This document shows positions 10,423 to 20,465 of a DNA stretch of 64,000 bases, piece after piece. A program made the translations under genes and the position numbers. The first letter of the stretch is position 1. The number at the start of each line of letters is the position of its first letter. The notes below the pieces were generated by a model. The model made no database searches. It was not told the DNA's origin and saw only the letters and a program-made list of their open reading frames with translations. This stretch comes from Nitrosopumilus sp. (GTDB lineage: Archaea > Thermoproteota > Nitrososphaeria > Nitrososphaerales > Nitrosopumilaceae): assembly GCA_965218785.1 (NCBI GenBank), contig OZ244650.1, forward strand, positions 32,001 to 96,000, in the 5' to 3' direction.

Positions 10423-10980
10423 ATGGACGAGGAACGCGTAAAAAAACTTGTACGGGAGCTGATAATCGAGGTAGGCGAGGATCCGACCCGCGAGGGATTA
10501 AGGGAGACCCCCGAAAGGATTGCAAACATGTACAAGGAGATCTTTGCAGGATACGACTCTGATTCGGAGTTGTCCGTCCAGTTCTCAGAGGACTCTGACG
10601 TGGTCATAGCGCGTGATATCCAGTTTTATTCAATGTGCGAGCACCACATGCTGCCGTTTTTTGGAAAGATTCACATTGCCTACTCGCCAAACAGCAGGGT
10701 TTTTGGAATATCAAAACTTGTCAGGCTGGTCGAAAAATACTCAAAGAGGCTGCAGATTCAGGAACGACTCACCAAGAACATCGCCGATGAGTTGTATGCG
10801 CAGGGGGTCAAAGGAGTGGTAGTCCTCGCCGATGCGGAGCATCTTTGTATGAAGATGCGCGGGGTTCGAAACAACGCAACGCTGTCATCCTCGGCATTTA
10901 GGGGAATATACGAAAATCCTGAGGAGAAACAGGGTATAATCGCGCTAGTCAAAAAGCACTCTGCGGATTCGTATTTTTAA
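10423..10980 (+). CDS. folE: GTP cyclohydrolase I
   Basis: REGLRETPER, SMCEHHMLPF, RLQIQERLT, HLCMKMRG. Confidence 0.96.
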   Translation: MDEERVKKLVRELIIEVGEDPTREGLRETPERIANMYKEIFAGYDSDSELSVQFSEDSDVVIARDIQFYSMCEHHMLPFFGKIHIAYSPNSRVFGISKLVRLVEKYSKRLQIQERLTKNIADELYAQGVKGVVVLADAEHLCMKMRGVRNNATLSSSAFRGIYENPEEKQGIIALVKKHSADSYF

Positions 10981-11019
10981 TACTGAAAAATTAAATAATC
11001 AGTAATTTTGGTAGTGATT

Positions 11020-11271
11020 ATGAGGTCACGCGACTATGTACACATTCCAAAGGAATCGTTTCCCAACTGGATATGGTATGCAATAGAGTGCGCGATCGTA
11101 GGTGCAGTCTCCTTTCTGGTATCCCGGGAGATTACCGACTCTGTTGCCGATCTCACCCCTGAGATACAAAATTATTTGTTTATAGGACTGGTGGGCGTCT
11201 TTTTCCTGGTGTGGTATATTGGAATCCGCGGATATGTCCTAAAAAAGAAGATTCTTCGAAACAGTTACTGA
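11020..11271 (+). CDS. small two-TM membrane protein
   Basis: Two hydrophobic helices. Confidence 0.7.
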   Translation: MRSRDYVHIPKESFPNWIWYAIECAIVGAVSFLVSREITDSVADLTPEIQNYLFIGLVGVFFLVWYIGIRGYVLKKKILRNSY

Positions 11272-11942
11272 TCAGCCAAATATCTGGTTTTATCTGTGAT
11301 TCCCGCTGCTTCAAACGCCGCCTTTCTATTGTTGCATGATTCACAGACACCACAATGGTGTCTCTTGCTGGAGTAGCAGCTCCAGGTATTAAAGATCGAA
11401 TCGCCCAGAATTTTTATTCCGCTCTTTAAAAGATCGCTTTTAGAGTGACCCTCCCGGTACGGCGACCAGATTTTGATGCTGTTTCGCAATCCTGAGCTAA
11501 TCCCGTCTAGCTCTCCTTGGTTGAATGCCGACTCTAACTTTTTTGCAAAGGCTGGTCTGCAGTCCGGGTAGTTCCGGTCCCCCGTGTGCGCCCCGTATAC
11601 AACCAGTGATGCGCCCAGTGTAAAAGCCCATGCCGAGGCAATCGAGAGAAATACGGCGTTTCTGATTGGGACTACGATCGAGTACTCGAAACTCTTTGGG
11701 ATCTTTTTCTTTGTGCTGGTTAGTACGTTTGAATCCCCGTACAACCCTTTCATAAAGCCGATATCGACAATTTTATGCTGTTTTAATCCCAGCTTTTTTG
11801 CAAAGGATTTTGCAGCAGTGATCTCGTTGTTTGCCTTTTGTCCGTATGAGAATGTAATGCCGTACAGCTCGTACTTTTTTAGATACGAGACGGCACACAC
11901 AGAGTCAATTCCGCCGCTAAATACGATTACCGCCTTTTTCAT
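11265..11942 (-). CDS. queC: 7-cyano-7-deazaguanine (preQ0) synthase
   Basis: SGGIDS, VPIRN, YPDCR, TWSCY...CGVCESC. Confidence 0.95.
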   Translation of the reverse strand: MKKAVIVFSGGIDSVCAVSYLKKYELYGITFSYGQKANNEITAAKSFAKKLGLKQHKIVDIGFMKGLYGDSNVLTSTKKKIPKSFEYSIVVPIRNAVFLSIASAWAFTLGASLVVYGAHTGDRNYPDCRPAFAKKLESAFNQGELDGISSGLRNSIKIWSPYREGHSKSDLLKSGIKILGDSIFNTWSCYSSKRHHCGVCESCNNRKAAFEAAGITDKTRYLADQ

Positions 11943-11946
11943 CAGA

Positions 11947-12888
11947 TCACCCTGGGATGTCCTCTTTTTTGATGTAGCACCCGCTGCTGGGTTTGCAGAT
12001 TACTGTCTGGCATTTTATTTTTGCAGATGCAAATCCGTCTGACATTGCCTGGCCGATGCGTTTCATGTCCGCATCATCTGACGAGAATGCAATTATCGAG
12101 GGACCTGCCCCGCTTATTGTCACACCTAGCGCTCCGGCATCCAGCGCGTTTTGTTTTACTTTGTCAAATCCTGGAATGTGTGGTTTTCTTGCAGGCTCTA
12201 CGATTACATCTTTAATTGAGCTGCCAATCAGTTCCGGGTCATCTCCCATGAATCCTGCCACAATTGCCGATGCGTTTGATATGTTCTGGATGCAGTCAGC
12301 CAGTGATACCTCCTTTGGGATTACACCTCTTGCCACCTCTGTCTTTTTTTCTGGGATTTCAATATCTGGAACGGCAACACACATTCTGAGACTGGCAGGA
12401 GGCTCCACCCTGGTCACCTTCAAAGGATTGGTTCTTACAATGACAAATCCGCCCAGGACAGACGCTGCAACGTTATCGTAATGGACGGACCCGGCACTGG
12501 CCTTCTCCCCAAACCCTGCAAGTTTGACTAGTCTGTCTCCATCCAGTTCCAGCTCAAACAGTTTATCAAATGCCACAGCAGCAGCCGCTGCTGATGCGGC
12601 ACTACTACCCATTCCAAATCCTGCGGGAATCCCTTTTTTGATTCTGATTTTGATGCCGTCTTTTATCTTGAATTGCTCCCTCATATTTTCTACAACCAGT
12701 CCTGCGGTGTTGTCTCTGGGATTTGTGGGTATGTTATCATCTGTCACTATCGTGATGGTGTCATCCTTTATTTTAGTCAACGTCACCTCGTCATAATACG
12801 CATCTAATGCCAGCCCGAACACGTCAAATCCGGGACCCAGATTCGCAGTAGACGAGGGCGCCCTTGCCGTAATTTTTAATGCCATCAA
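11947..12888 (-). CDS. thrB: homoserine kinase
   Basis: ANLGPGFDVFG, GMGSSAAS, HYDNV, SGAGPS. Confidence 0.95.
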   Translation of the reverse strand: MMALKITARAPSSTANLGPGFDVFGLALDAYYDEVTLTKIKDDTITIVTDDNIPTNPRDNTAGLVVENMREQFKIKDGIKIRIKKGIPAGFGMGSSAASAAAAAVAFDKLFELELDGDRLVKLAGFGEKASAGSVHYDNVAASVLGGFVIVRTNPLKVTRVEPPASLRMCVAVPDIEIPEKKTEVARGVIPKEVSLADCIQNISNASAIVAGFMGDDPELIGSSIKDVIVEPARKPHIPGFDKVKQNALDAGALGVTISGAGPSIIAFSSDDADMKRIGQAMSDGFASAKIKCQTVICKPSSGCYIKKEDIPG

Positions 12889-13676
12889 CCTTCTATCTCC
12901 TCACCCAAGTTAAGAATTCTGCTAAGGGCTCCCTGCAGGTTCACAAAACCCTCCCCCGTGACGTTTGAGACTGGGATGACTCCCTGTGCAAATCCTCCAA
13001 GATTCAGGCCGCGCAGAATGTTCGTAGTTAATGCGTAGGTATCACCGTCTGCCTCCTTGCCAATTGCGTCTTCTAGCATATTCAGATTTGTAGACCACTG
13101 CAGGATATCCTTTAGCTTTGCACCGACGATATCGGTTTTTGTCAGGACGTTTACTGTCGGCAGATTCAGACGCAGTCTTATCGATGTTGCAAGAAGTGCG
13201 ATGGAGACAAAGTTTACAGGCGAGGTGATTAACGCCCCGTCAAAAAGAAAGATGTTTGTCTTTTCATCAGTCGATATGTTCTCTGCAAGAAAACGGCCGC
13301 TGGTGCGGTATGCGAACAGCTCAATCTGACCGGGCGTATCTACTATCAGATAATCCGGGTTTATGGTGTTTACCTCGTTTTGAATGTCATCTATCTTTGA
13401 TGCGATAAGGTCAGCTGCCATTATCATGGCGCCGTTTGGACCAAGATCATACTGCTGCATTACAGATACAATATCGACAAAATCCCTGACATCCACGTCA
13501 CAGGTGTATGGCAGGCGTTCTACTCCTGGATCCAGGTTTAACACGGCAGTAAAGGCGCCGTTTTTTGTATAATATTCGTATAACTTTGATGTGAGCAGTG
13601 ATTTTCCAGAACCGGCAGTACCGGAGATAAAAATTGTCTTCAATCCTGTGTGATTGTCTGTCTGCTTATATTTCAA
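12885..13676 (-). CDS. GPN-loop GTPase
   Basis: GTAGSGKS, NLDPG, LGPNG, DTPGQIE. Confidence 0.92.
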   Translation of the reverse strand: MKYKQTDNHTGLKTIFISGTAGSGKSLLTSKLYEYYTKNGAFTAVLNLDPGVERLPYTCDVDVRDFVDIVSVMQQYDLGPNGAMIMAADLIASKIDDIQNEVNTINPDYLIVDTPGQIELFAYRTSGRFLAENISTDEKTNIFLFDGALITSPVNFVSIALLATSIRLRLNLPTVNVLTKTDIVGAKLKDILQWSTNLNMLEDAIGKEADGDTYALTTNILRGLNLGGFAQGVIPVSNVTGEGFVNLQGALSRILNLGEEIEG

Positions 13677-13890
13677 ACTAGCTTGGGTGGTGATTTTTAG
13701 ATGTGGATGGCTACGATGAGTACATTGAGATAATCACAGATCTGCCAAAACTGCCGCAGGAAAAATTTCAGGGATTGCAGCCAGAACACTGATATCAGTC
13801 AATATCCCGAATTCATGCCTGATTTCAGGCGTGATATCTGATTATGAGATTTGTCAACTTTATTATTTGATCCATGAAAAAATCCATCAG

Positions 13891-14907
13891 ATGAACTGGA
13901 GACTAGCTGTAATACCTGTCACGTTGCTTCCCATACTCGTTATTGCCATTCAATTTGATATTCAGTTTGAAGACGTTCTGGCAATTGGCATCCTTCCGTT
14001 TGCAGGTGCAGTTGTCGCGATGCTAATTAAGCTGGGATTGCAGGGGGTAAAGTTTGCATACATTGCCAGAAGGTATCTTGGCAGCTTTGACTCTTTCTGG
14101 AAATTGGTGGGTGTCCGAGTTGGAAGCGAGTTTATCAAATTTACGACTCCCATGTTTGTTGGTGCCGAGTTTGTTGTGATATACTATCTGCACAAAAAGG
14201 GTGTAAAGCCCTCAAATTCAACCTGGATTGCAATCATGGATATTGTAACTGAGGTGCTTGCAGCAGGGTTGTTATCTATGATGGCAGGAGTTATCGCCCT
14301 GCTCAACGGGGCATACGTGGTCGGGGTGGTCATTCTGGCTACTAGCGTCAGCATAACGTCACTGTGGATGGTAATGTTCTTTCTCTCATCCAAGCGCACG
14401 TTTCATGTTCCAAAGGTGCTGGAAGGTATTGCCAAGAGGTTTGGCAAGGAAAAGGGCGTCAAGTACATCGAAAAGACAAACTCCTGGATAGAGGAGGTCT
14501 GCATGATGAGCAGGAAGAATCTGCGGACTGCCGAATCCAAAAAAGTCTTTACGGTATCATTTCTGTTCTCGCTGGCGTCCTGGTCATTTTATGGAATATC
14601 ATTTATGATAATTGCAATGGGGACGGGATACGTGATAAACGCATTTGACTCGATAATGGCGGTGATGGGTGCAAACGCGATAGGGAACCTGCCGATTACC
14701 GTGGGCGGTTCTGGTCTTGCCGAGTTTGGGATTGTGGCATTTCTGAACAATCTGAATCCGTTTGACTTTGATGTTCCTGCAGATACTGTTGCGTGGGATG
14801 CAGTTATTGGATGGAGAATTGCCACATACTATGTTCCAATACTGATTACGTGGCTGCTTTTGGTAAAGCTGGCGCTGAGTCGGATATCAAAGGTGGAATC
14901 CACGTAA
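13891..14907 (+). CDS. lysylphosphatidylglycerol-synthase-TM / flippase-like membrane protein (UPF0104)
   Basis: Multi-TM; TP..VGAE, P.TVGGSGLAE, WRIATYY. Confidence 0.8.
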   Translation: MNWRLAVIPVTLLPILVIAIQFDIQFEDVLAIGILPFAGAVVAMLIKLGLQGVKFAYIARRYLGSFDSFWKLVGVRVGSEFIKFTTPMFVGAEFVVIYYLHKKGVKPSNSTWIAIMDIVTEVLAAGLLSMMAGVIALLNGAYVVGVVILATSVSITSLWMVMFFLSSKRTFHVPKVLEGIAKRFGKEKGVKYIEKTNSWIEEVCMMSRKNLRTAESKKVFTVSFLFSLASWSFYGISFMIIAMGTGYVINAFDSIMAVMGANAIGNLPITVGGSGLAEFGIVAFLNNLNPFDFDVPADTVAWDAVIGWRIATYYVPILITWLLLVKLALSRISKVEST

Positions 14908-15016
14908 CCGGGTTTGCTGCAGGATATTCCCGTTAGTGGGAGATCGTATTGAGGCCGGTTTCTGTTTGGAATTATACTACTGCATAGATTTAAAATCCAT
15001 ATGGTGTAATGATGTC

Positions 15017-15211
15017 ATGAAACGAATATTTGATACAGACAAGACACATGATGGAGAAATCATTACTCCAGAAATATTTGTTCAGCCAAGTAATGTATCC
15101 AAAGACGTCAAGCCACTAGTCTCACTGGAGATAGAAGAAAATGAATCCATAAAAGACGCTGAAGAGGATATGGAACAATTTGCCAAGCTAATGTGGAACG
15201 AATGGTACTAA
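15017..15211 (+). CDS. small acidic hypothetical protein
   Basis: Likely start MKRIFD at 15017. Confidence 0.5.
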   Translation: MKRIFDTDKTHDGEIITPEIFVQPSNVSKDVKPLVSLEIEENESIKDAEEDMEQFAKLMWNEWY

Positions 15212-15222
15212 TAATCACACCA

Positions 15223-16545
15223 CTAGGATTGAAAATCATACGTGACTTTAATTTGTTCAAATCCTACATCATAACGATCAGTCAACCTCAGATACTGTTC
15301 ATGGTTTTTTCTAAACCTTTCACCATCAATTTCTAATGTAAATTTATTTTCTGAATCAATTGGAATACGTTTTGAATAATATGCAATCCAGTTACCAACA
15401 TAATCGCTGAATTGCCCCGAAATGAAAATCCGATCGGGAGAAGTGTAATACTGCTTGTCACTGTTCAGGGTTGCAAAAACGCGTTCATCCCTATAATTTT
15501 GCATTGGAATACCATCCGTAGTATTATTTGATACAGTAAAACGTATCCTGTCATTGTCGGCACCTGCGTATACTAAAATTTCACTCCATCCCTCACTTGC
15601 TGCACGAACTGTGGCATTCCAATTCAATAAATCCGGTTCACAGGGAACTGACAACCTTGAATCAGGGAAATCAACAAATCTAAGATTGTCACTTATTGCA
15701 ACAACATTACCTGGTTTACACGGAAAAACCTGTTTGAGATAAGTGTTTGATACTGTGATGGTTGCCGTTTCACCTAAATTTGGAAGGTGTGAGATTGAAA
15801 GATTGTTGTTGCCTTCTTTGACCATCCAGGATAAATTTAGTAAATATGGAAGACAGTAATCACCAGTACTGGATCTCACTGCATTACTTTCACAATGCCA
15901 TCTATCGGAGCGTGCATAAGCGTCTATGTCAAGGGGAGGATTCTCACTTATGCCCTCCCATGATCTAAACGACAAAGTAGGAACAATGAACCCATAACCC
16001 ATTTTGATTAATTCATCTCGGGTATCATGTGAAACACAAACTTTCTTCTTGTCTGAATTTTTTATCAAATAGTGCTTGTCAACATCACATGAATTTTTTA
16101 GCAAATCCTCAAAAAATGCGGCATATTCTACGGCATGTTTTGCAAACGAAACGGGTCCTATTGGTGAACAATAAAAGTCGTCAGTCTGACGCCAATTATT
16201 CCCGTAGTTATTATAGATCATAGCATATCGATCTCCTATTTTCAAAGCGTCTGAATGATACGTGTCTACAATATCTGATTTTAATGGAAAATCTTTATTT
16301 CCATAAGTTACCTCATTAATTGTAACATTAGATCTTATTTGGCTTGAGACCGTCCCATCCCATCCTTTTTTTGGAGGATCATAAAATATCCTTTCAGATG
16401 AGGCGACGGTAACAATTACAGCTGCGACATTTTTTTCAGCACTGTAAAATATACGTTCTGGTGCATGACACACAGTAGCAAATGAATCATCTACTCCAAT
16501 AATTCCAAACAAAACCAATGGAATTATCGTCCAAACCAGCCTCAC
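15223..16545 (-). CDS. secreted Cys-containing surface protein
   Basis: Signal peptide; C...IK.SD.KKVCV...T..LI..GYG module. Confidence 0.75.
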   Translation of the reverse strand: MRLVWTIIPLVLFGIIGVDDSFATVCHAPERIFYSAEKNVAAVIVTVASSERIFYDPPKKGWDGTVSSQIRSNVTINEVTYGNKDFPLKSDIVDTYHSDALKIGDRYAMIYNNYGNNWRQTDDFYCSPIGPVSFAKHAVEYAAFFEDLLKNSCDVDKHYLIKNSDKKKVCVSHDTRDELIKMGYGFIVPTLSFRSWEGISENPPLDIDAYARSDRWHCESNAVRSSTGDYCLPYLLNLSWMVKEGNNNLSISHLPNLGETATITVSNTYLKQVFPCKPGNVVAISDNLRFVDFPDSRLSVPCEPDLLNWNATVRAASEGWSEILVYAGADNDRIRFTVSNNTTDGIPMQNYRDERVFATLNSDKQYYTSPDRIFISGQFSDYVGNWIAYYSKRIPIDSENKFTLEIDGERFRKNHEQYLRLTDRYDVGFEQIKVTYDFQS

Positions 16546-17179
16546 AGCCTAATTTTGTATCTAAAGTTGTTAAATCTTTTACTTTTTGAATTAAGATCAA
16601 CCTGCAAAAGATGAGTTATGCAACAAGCTGGATTTACCTCCTTGGGGATAGAAATGGATACAGATAGACAGAAGATAAAACCGTTCATCTAAGATTACAA
16701 AACACTGGATACTACCTAATACAATTCATCATCTTGAAAGATCCAAGTTAATCCTGCCATATCCAATGCAGAGACACCTGCCGAACCTGGATTTTCCCCC
16801 TTTTGTTCCTTCAGGGAAAATGACTGGTCATGATCTTTGTCATTTTTGCATTGGGTTACTGTCGACATGATATGTAATTACAAAATTTACTTAAAACGTT
16901 AATGGACAAATCATCCATACGAATCATCAGTAGCTCCTAAATACTATTTGAGAAAATAAGATAGTTGCCACTGTAAAAACCCTCATCTGCGGTTCTTCTC
17001 CCATATTTAGTAGTCTTACCGCTTTATCTGCAATATCTCGAGTCTTTTACCCTCTCTTCTTGTTCTGCACAGAGCATTATTCCCTGCAGTACTCTGAAAT
17101 CAGTGTATCTAATTTTCATATAATAGAGAATTTATGCCGAATCAAAAAATTCATACAATAGATTCAATAATTTATTTCC

Positions 17180-17737
17180 ATGAATAACTGGCTGCTGGTA
17201 CTTGGGGTTGTCCTAATATTCTCAAGTATATTTGTAATATATTTTGAGCATCTATACAATCACATAATTTGGAATATCCCGTTTAGTAAGATAGACAAAT
17301 CAGCAATATTTCATCTTGACAATCACATTGTAAATTACACGGGTCGTGGTGGTATAACTGCAACCGTATCCCACATTGAGCGCATTGATGCCGATACCCT
17401 TAGACTCAATTTTACTGATGCTGATTTTTTCATTGGTGGAAATGGCGAAATAACATATCAAATACCAAACAAGTTTGAATTTACTGCAACGGTAGACGAG
17501 CATGATACCTTTATTGGATGGTGTAGTGATTCCCGCAATGATGGCATTTTTTATGCACAAATATTTCGCATATATGAGATGTATGATGACTATGTCTTAG
17601 CCAACCATTATTCTGCCCCAATGCCCCCCGATCTTCCATGTAAATATCCTGACATCATACAACGCAGCATTGATTTTGATTTTATAGTTCCGGCACTTAC
17701 GAGTAATTATGGCGTAAAAATAATACGATCATCCTAA
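17180..17737 (+). CDS. hypothetical membrane-anchored protein
   Basis: N-terminal TM; C-terminal CKYPDIIQRS. Confidence 0.7.
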   Translation: MNNWLLVLGVVLIFSSIFVIYFEHLYNHIIWNIPFSKIDKSAIFHLDNHIVNYTGRGGITATVSHIERIDADTLRLNFTDADFFIGGNGEITYQIPNKFEFTATVDEHDTFIGWCSDSRNDGIFYAQIFRIYEMYDDYVLANHYSAPMPPDLPCKYPDIIQRSIDFDFIVPALTSNYGVKIIRSS

Positions 17738-17933
17738 ACAGATGCTACAAAAAGAAATGACCCTCAAGAAAATCATAGGCAAGCAGACTACGTATTTGAA
17801 GATAAAATTGATCTCAAAAACTTTTAGCGTCATCATCTTCAGACTTGGCTTGATTAAAAAGAGATCGAATCTTAAAATTTTAAATGAATTTGACTAACAA
17901 ATATCAATTAGATCATTTTTTTAATGAGACAAA

Positions 17934-18188
17934 TTATTTGAACCATTTTCTTGCGTCATTTCTGTCATGTAACATTAAACCAACGCCAGATCCAATTAGA
18001 GTAGGAGATTTGGTTATAATACCAGCTGCAGTCATAAGCACACCAGCCTCACCATGATGTGTTTTAATATAATTTTCCCATTTTCTCTTCTGCTGTGGAG
18101 TGGTGAATTTTTTGTAGCCTTCTGCTACCAGCAAACTTCCTACAAAACCAACCAGAATTAGTTGAATCATACAATCTATATCAGGCAT
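17934..18188 (-). CDS. small hypothetical protein
   Basis: Hydrophobic segments; HHGE and HD motifs. Confidence 0.6.
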   Translation of the reverse strand: MPDIDCMIQLILVGFVGSLLVAEGYKKFTTPQQKRKWENYIKTHHGEAGVLMTAAGIITKSPTLIGSGVGLMLHDRNDARKWFK

Positions 18189-18261
18189 GAAGATTTAAAG
18201 GTTGCGTGTTGATTTGTATACATACGGAGTATATATTTAACATGTTTAATCATATAATATC

Positions 18262-18447
18262 ATGAAAGATTCTGATCCAAAATACGTCAGTATGAGAGTC
18301 CCAAAAGCAGAATATGATAAATTAAGAAAGGTAAGAGAAGAAATGCAACGTAATCCCGATTACTCTTGGGTAAGTAGTTTGGCTCTGGGAGCATTTGTTG
18401 GATTGGTTGCAGGATTAGCAATCAAAAAATTATCGGAATCAGATTAG
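18262..18447 (+). CDS. small ribbon-helix-helix-like protein
   Basis: YVSMRVPKAEYDKL beta-strand/helix start. Confidence 0.5.
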   Translation: MKDSDPKYVSMRVPKAEYDKLRKVREEMQRNPDYSWVSSLALGAFVGLVAGLAIKKLSESD

Positions 18448-18762
18448 GATTCATTTTATTAATAGATTTTATGCGCATCTAATCCAACTCTAAAGAAATT
18501 AACACACGAGCAATTTTTCAGATTATAATCCCAGTAGCGTGATCGTCGTTAATTCATACATTCGTGATATGTTATAATCTTGGATCGATTACACAGAAAT
18601 TCTATCATTTTTGGATTATGAGTAAACTAAAATCATTTTGTTCATGGTCATTTGAGATATTCTCTGACTCTTTTTACTCAAAACCAACTTAGTTTTGACT
18701 AAAGTAAAAATAGGATTCTAAAGTCTAGATCTGATTTCAGTCATTATCCTGTATCTCATAAA

Positions 18763-20430
18763 TCATGACCGCTTTTTGATTATTGTTGCGTTATCCGGAT
18801 CCAAATCATTCCAAACCACATCATAACCCAATTCAGATAACAGATCAGCATGACACGAATCCGGAATCCCGTGGGTTGTCATCACCGTACATGCCTGAAC
18901 AAATTTTGGGACACCTTCAATCAAACTGCCTACAACACCAGTCTTTTCTTTTGAAATCAAATATGATCCAATTCTAACATAACCACCGGGATAATCTGCC
19001 ATGAGAATCTTCAGTGCGGCAGCTTCTGGAATGGCGTGTTCCCGGGCAATCTGGGTTACTGAAATCAAATCCAAATTATTTTCATCAAGTTTAATCTTGG
19101 TGTTACCCGCCTTTTCTTCTGTGATCTCCTCATCAATCTTCTTTAGATGCTCCAAAACAGGCTTTATTGAAACATCCTTTTTGAAAGTAAAAATTCTATC
19201 CCTGGAAATCGTCTCAATTTGGGAGCATGATAATTCAGAATTTACTGCCACTAGCAGATCAACGTTTTTGTTGTCTTTGTCATTGCTGTCAAATAACACC
19301 TCTAGTTTGGCGGCTTTTCTCTCAAGGTACTCTTTTGTCCAAAAGCCCACAATCTCAAAATATACCTTGTGTCCAAACCGCTCAAATAGAAAATCAGGAA
19401 TCATGGCCTTGCCGTCTGCAACCAGCGGGTCTGGTTCCCGTGATATCTTCCATCCATACCTGTCACTCTGATCAAAATGTTGGTTGAATCTCTTTGCAAA
19501 TGCGGCTTCTGCAGAACTGTCATAAATATAATCATCATCATTTTGATATGGGGAATCTATTGTCAAACGAAGAAATTCCCTTGTGTTTTTATCTGATAAT
19601 TCAAACGAATAGATCTTTTGCCCGTCACCTGTTTTCTTTAGTATGGAGCCGCTGATCCTCCAGATGGGCGTGCCCACAATTGATGGTAACAACTTTGCCA
19701 TTGACGTGCCATATCTGTCAGTCATTCTAAAAAGGCTAAGCGGTCCTTCTAGGACACATTTGATGGAATCTTCCTCTTTGTTAGAGTCGCCTGCCGCATG
19801 GTATTCCAAGTTATACATCAGCCCATACCTTTTGACGTTACGCAGAACCTGCTTCCAGTGCAATCCACCCTTTACATAAAATTCCAGTTTGGTGCATCTG
19901 AACAAAAGTGTCTGAAACAACGACAGATTATACCATAAAATCAGATCCTTGGTGCTAATGTGATCAAATCTGGCTAGTATCAAATTCTCGTCTTTATCGC
20001 TCCACATTATTGTTTCAACACTATCAGATGACACATGCATCTCATCTGCAACCTGCTTTATGATATCCCGTCTTTGTGGGTCAGACAGGGCCAGACCACG
20101 TCTTGATGACTCCTCAAATAATCTCTGTCTGATGAGGACGGGGGATACAACTGATAATGATGTCGTTGTATCTGGTCGTCCAAAGACTGAACGCCGCTCC
20201 AACAACGCACAAAATCCCCTTACCAGCTTGTAATCGTATTCTGATTCAAGTTCCGTTACCTTTTTTAGCAGATTGCCCTTGCACCGCTTTTCTTTTTGGG
20301 CATCTGCAAAAAATATGACAAGCCTGCCTGCAAGTTCGTAATTAGTGCCACTACCGGAATCCGTACTGCAAAATACCGGTGTTATCCTACCCTGATTAAT
20401 CCTGGTACGTAAAAGCTCAGATGGGAGCAT
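18763..20430 (-). CDS. bax1: DUF790 / Bax1 endonuclease
   Basis: MLPSELL, YNLSLFQTLL, GPLSLFRMT.RYG, YDSS.E..F, IPDF, EIVGFWT.EYL; directly downstream of XPB. Confidence 0.88.
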   Translation of the reverse strand: MLPSELLRTRINQGRITPVFCSTDSGSGTNYELAGRLVIFFADAQKEKRCKGNLLKKVTELESEYDYKLVRGFCALLERRSVFGRPDTTTSLSVVSPVLIRQRLFEESSRRGLALSDPQRRDIIKQVADEMHVSSDSVETIMWSDKDENLILARFDHISTKDLILWYNLSLFQTLLFRCTKLEFYVKGGLHWKQVLRNVKRYGLMYNLEYHAAGDSNKEEDSIKCVLEGPLSLFRMTDRYGTSMAKLLPSIVGTPIWRISGSILKKTGDGQKIYSFELSDKNTREFLRLTIDSPYQNDDDYIYDSSAEAAFAKRFNQHFDQSDRYGWKISREPDPLVADGKAMIPDFLFERFGHKVYFEIVGFWTKEYLERKAAKLEVLFDSNDKDNKNVDLLVAVNSELSCSQIETISRDRIFTFKKDVSIKPVLEHLKKIDEEITEEKAGNTKIKLDENNLDLISVTQIAREHAIPEAAALKILMADYPGGYVRIGSYLISKEKTGVVGSLIEGVPKFVQACTVMTTHGIPDSCHADLLSELGYDVVWNDLDPDNATIIKKRS

Positions 20431-20465
20431 CAGACACCTCCGTTTTCATTGACTCGTTATTCATA

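Noticed and set aside
9665-11942. queE/folE/queC as a dpd-type DNA 7-deazaguanine modification system
   Set aside because: No DpdA/TGT-like gene in the window. The genes sit among core genes (thrB, GPN GTPase) and are explained by preQ0/archaeosine tRNA synthesis.
11584-13572. Plus-strand ORFs antisense to queC/thrB/GPN (and similar shadow ORFs elsewhere)
   Set aside because: They overlap well-supported genes on the opposite strand and carry no motifs.
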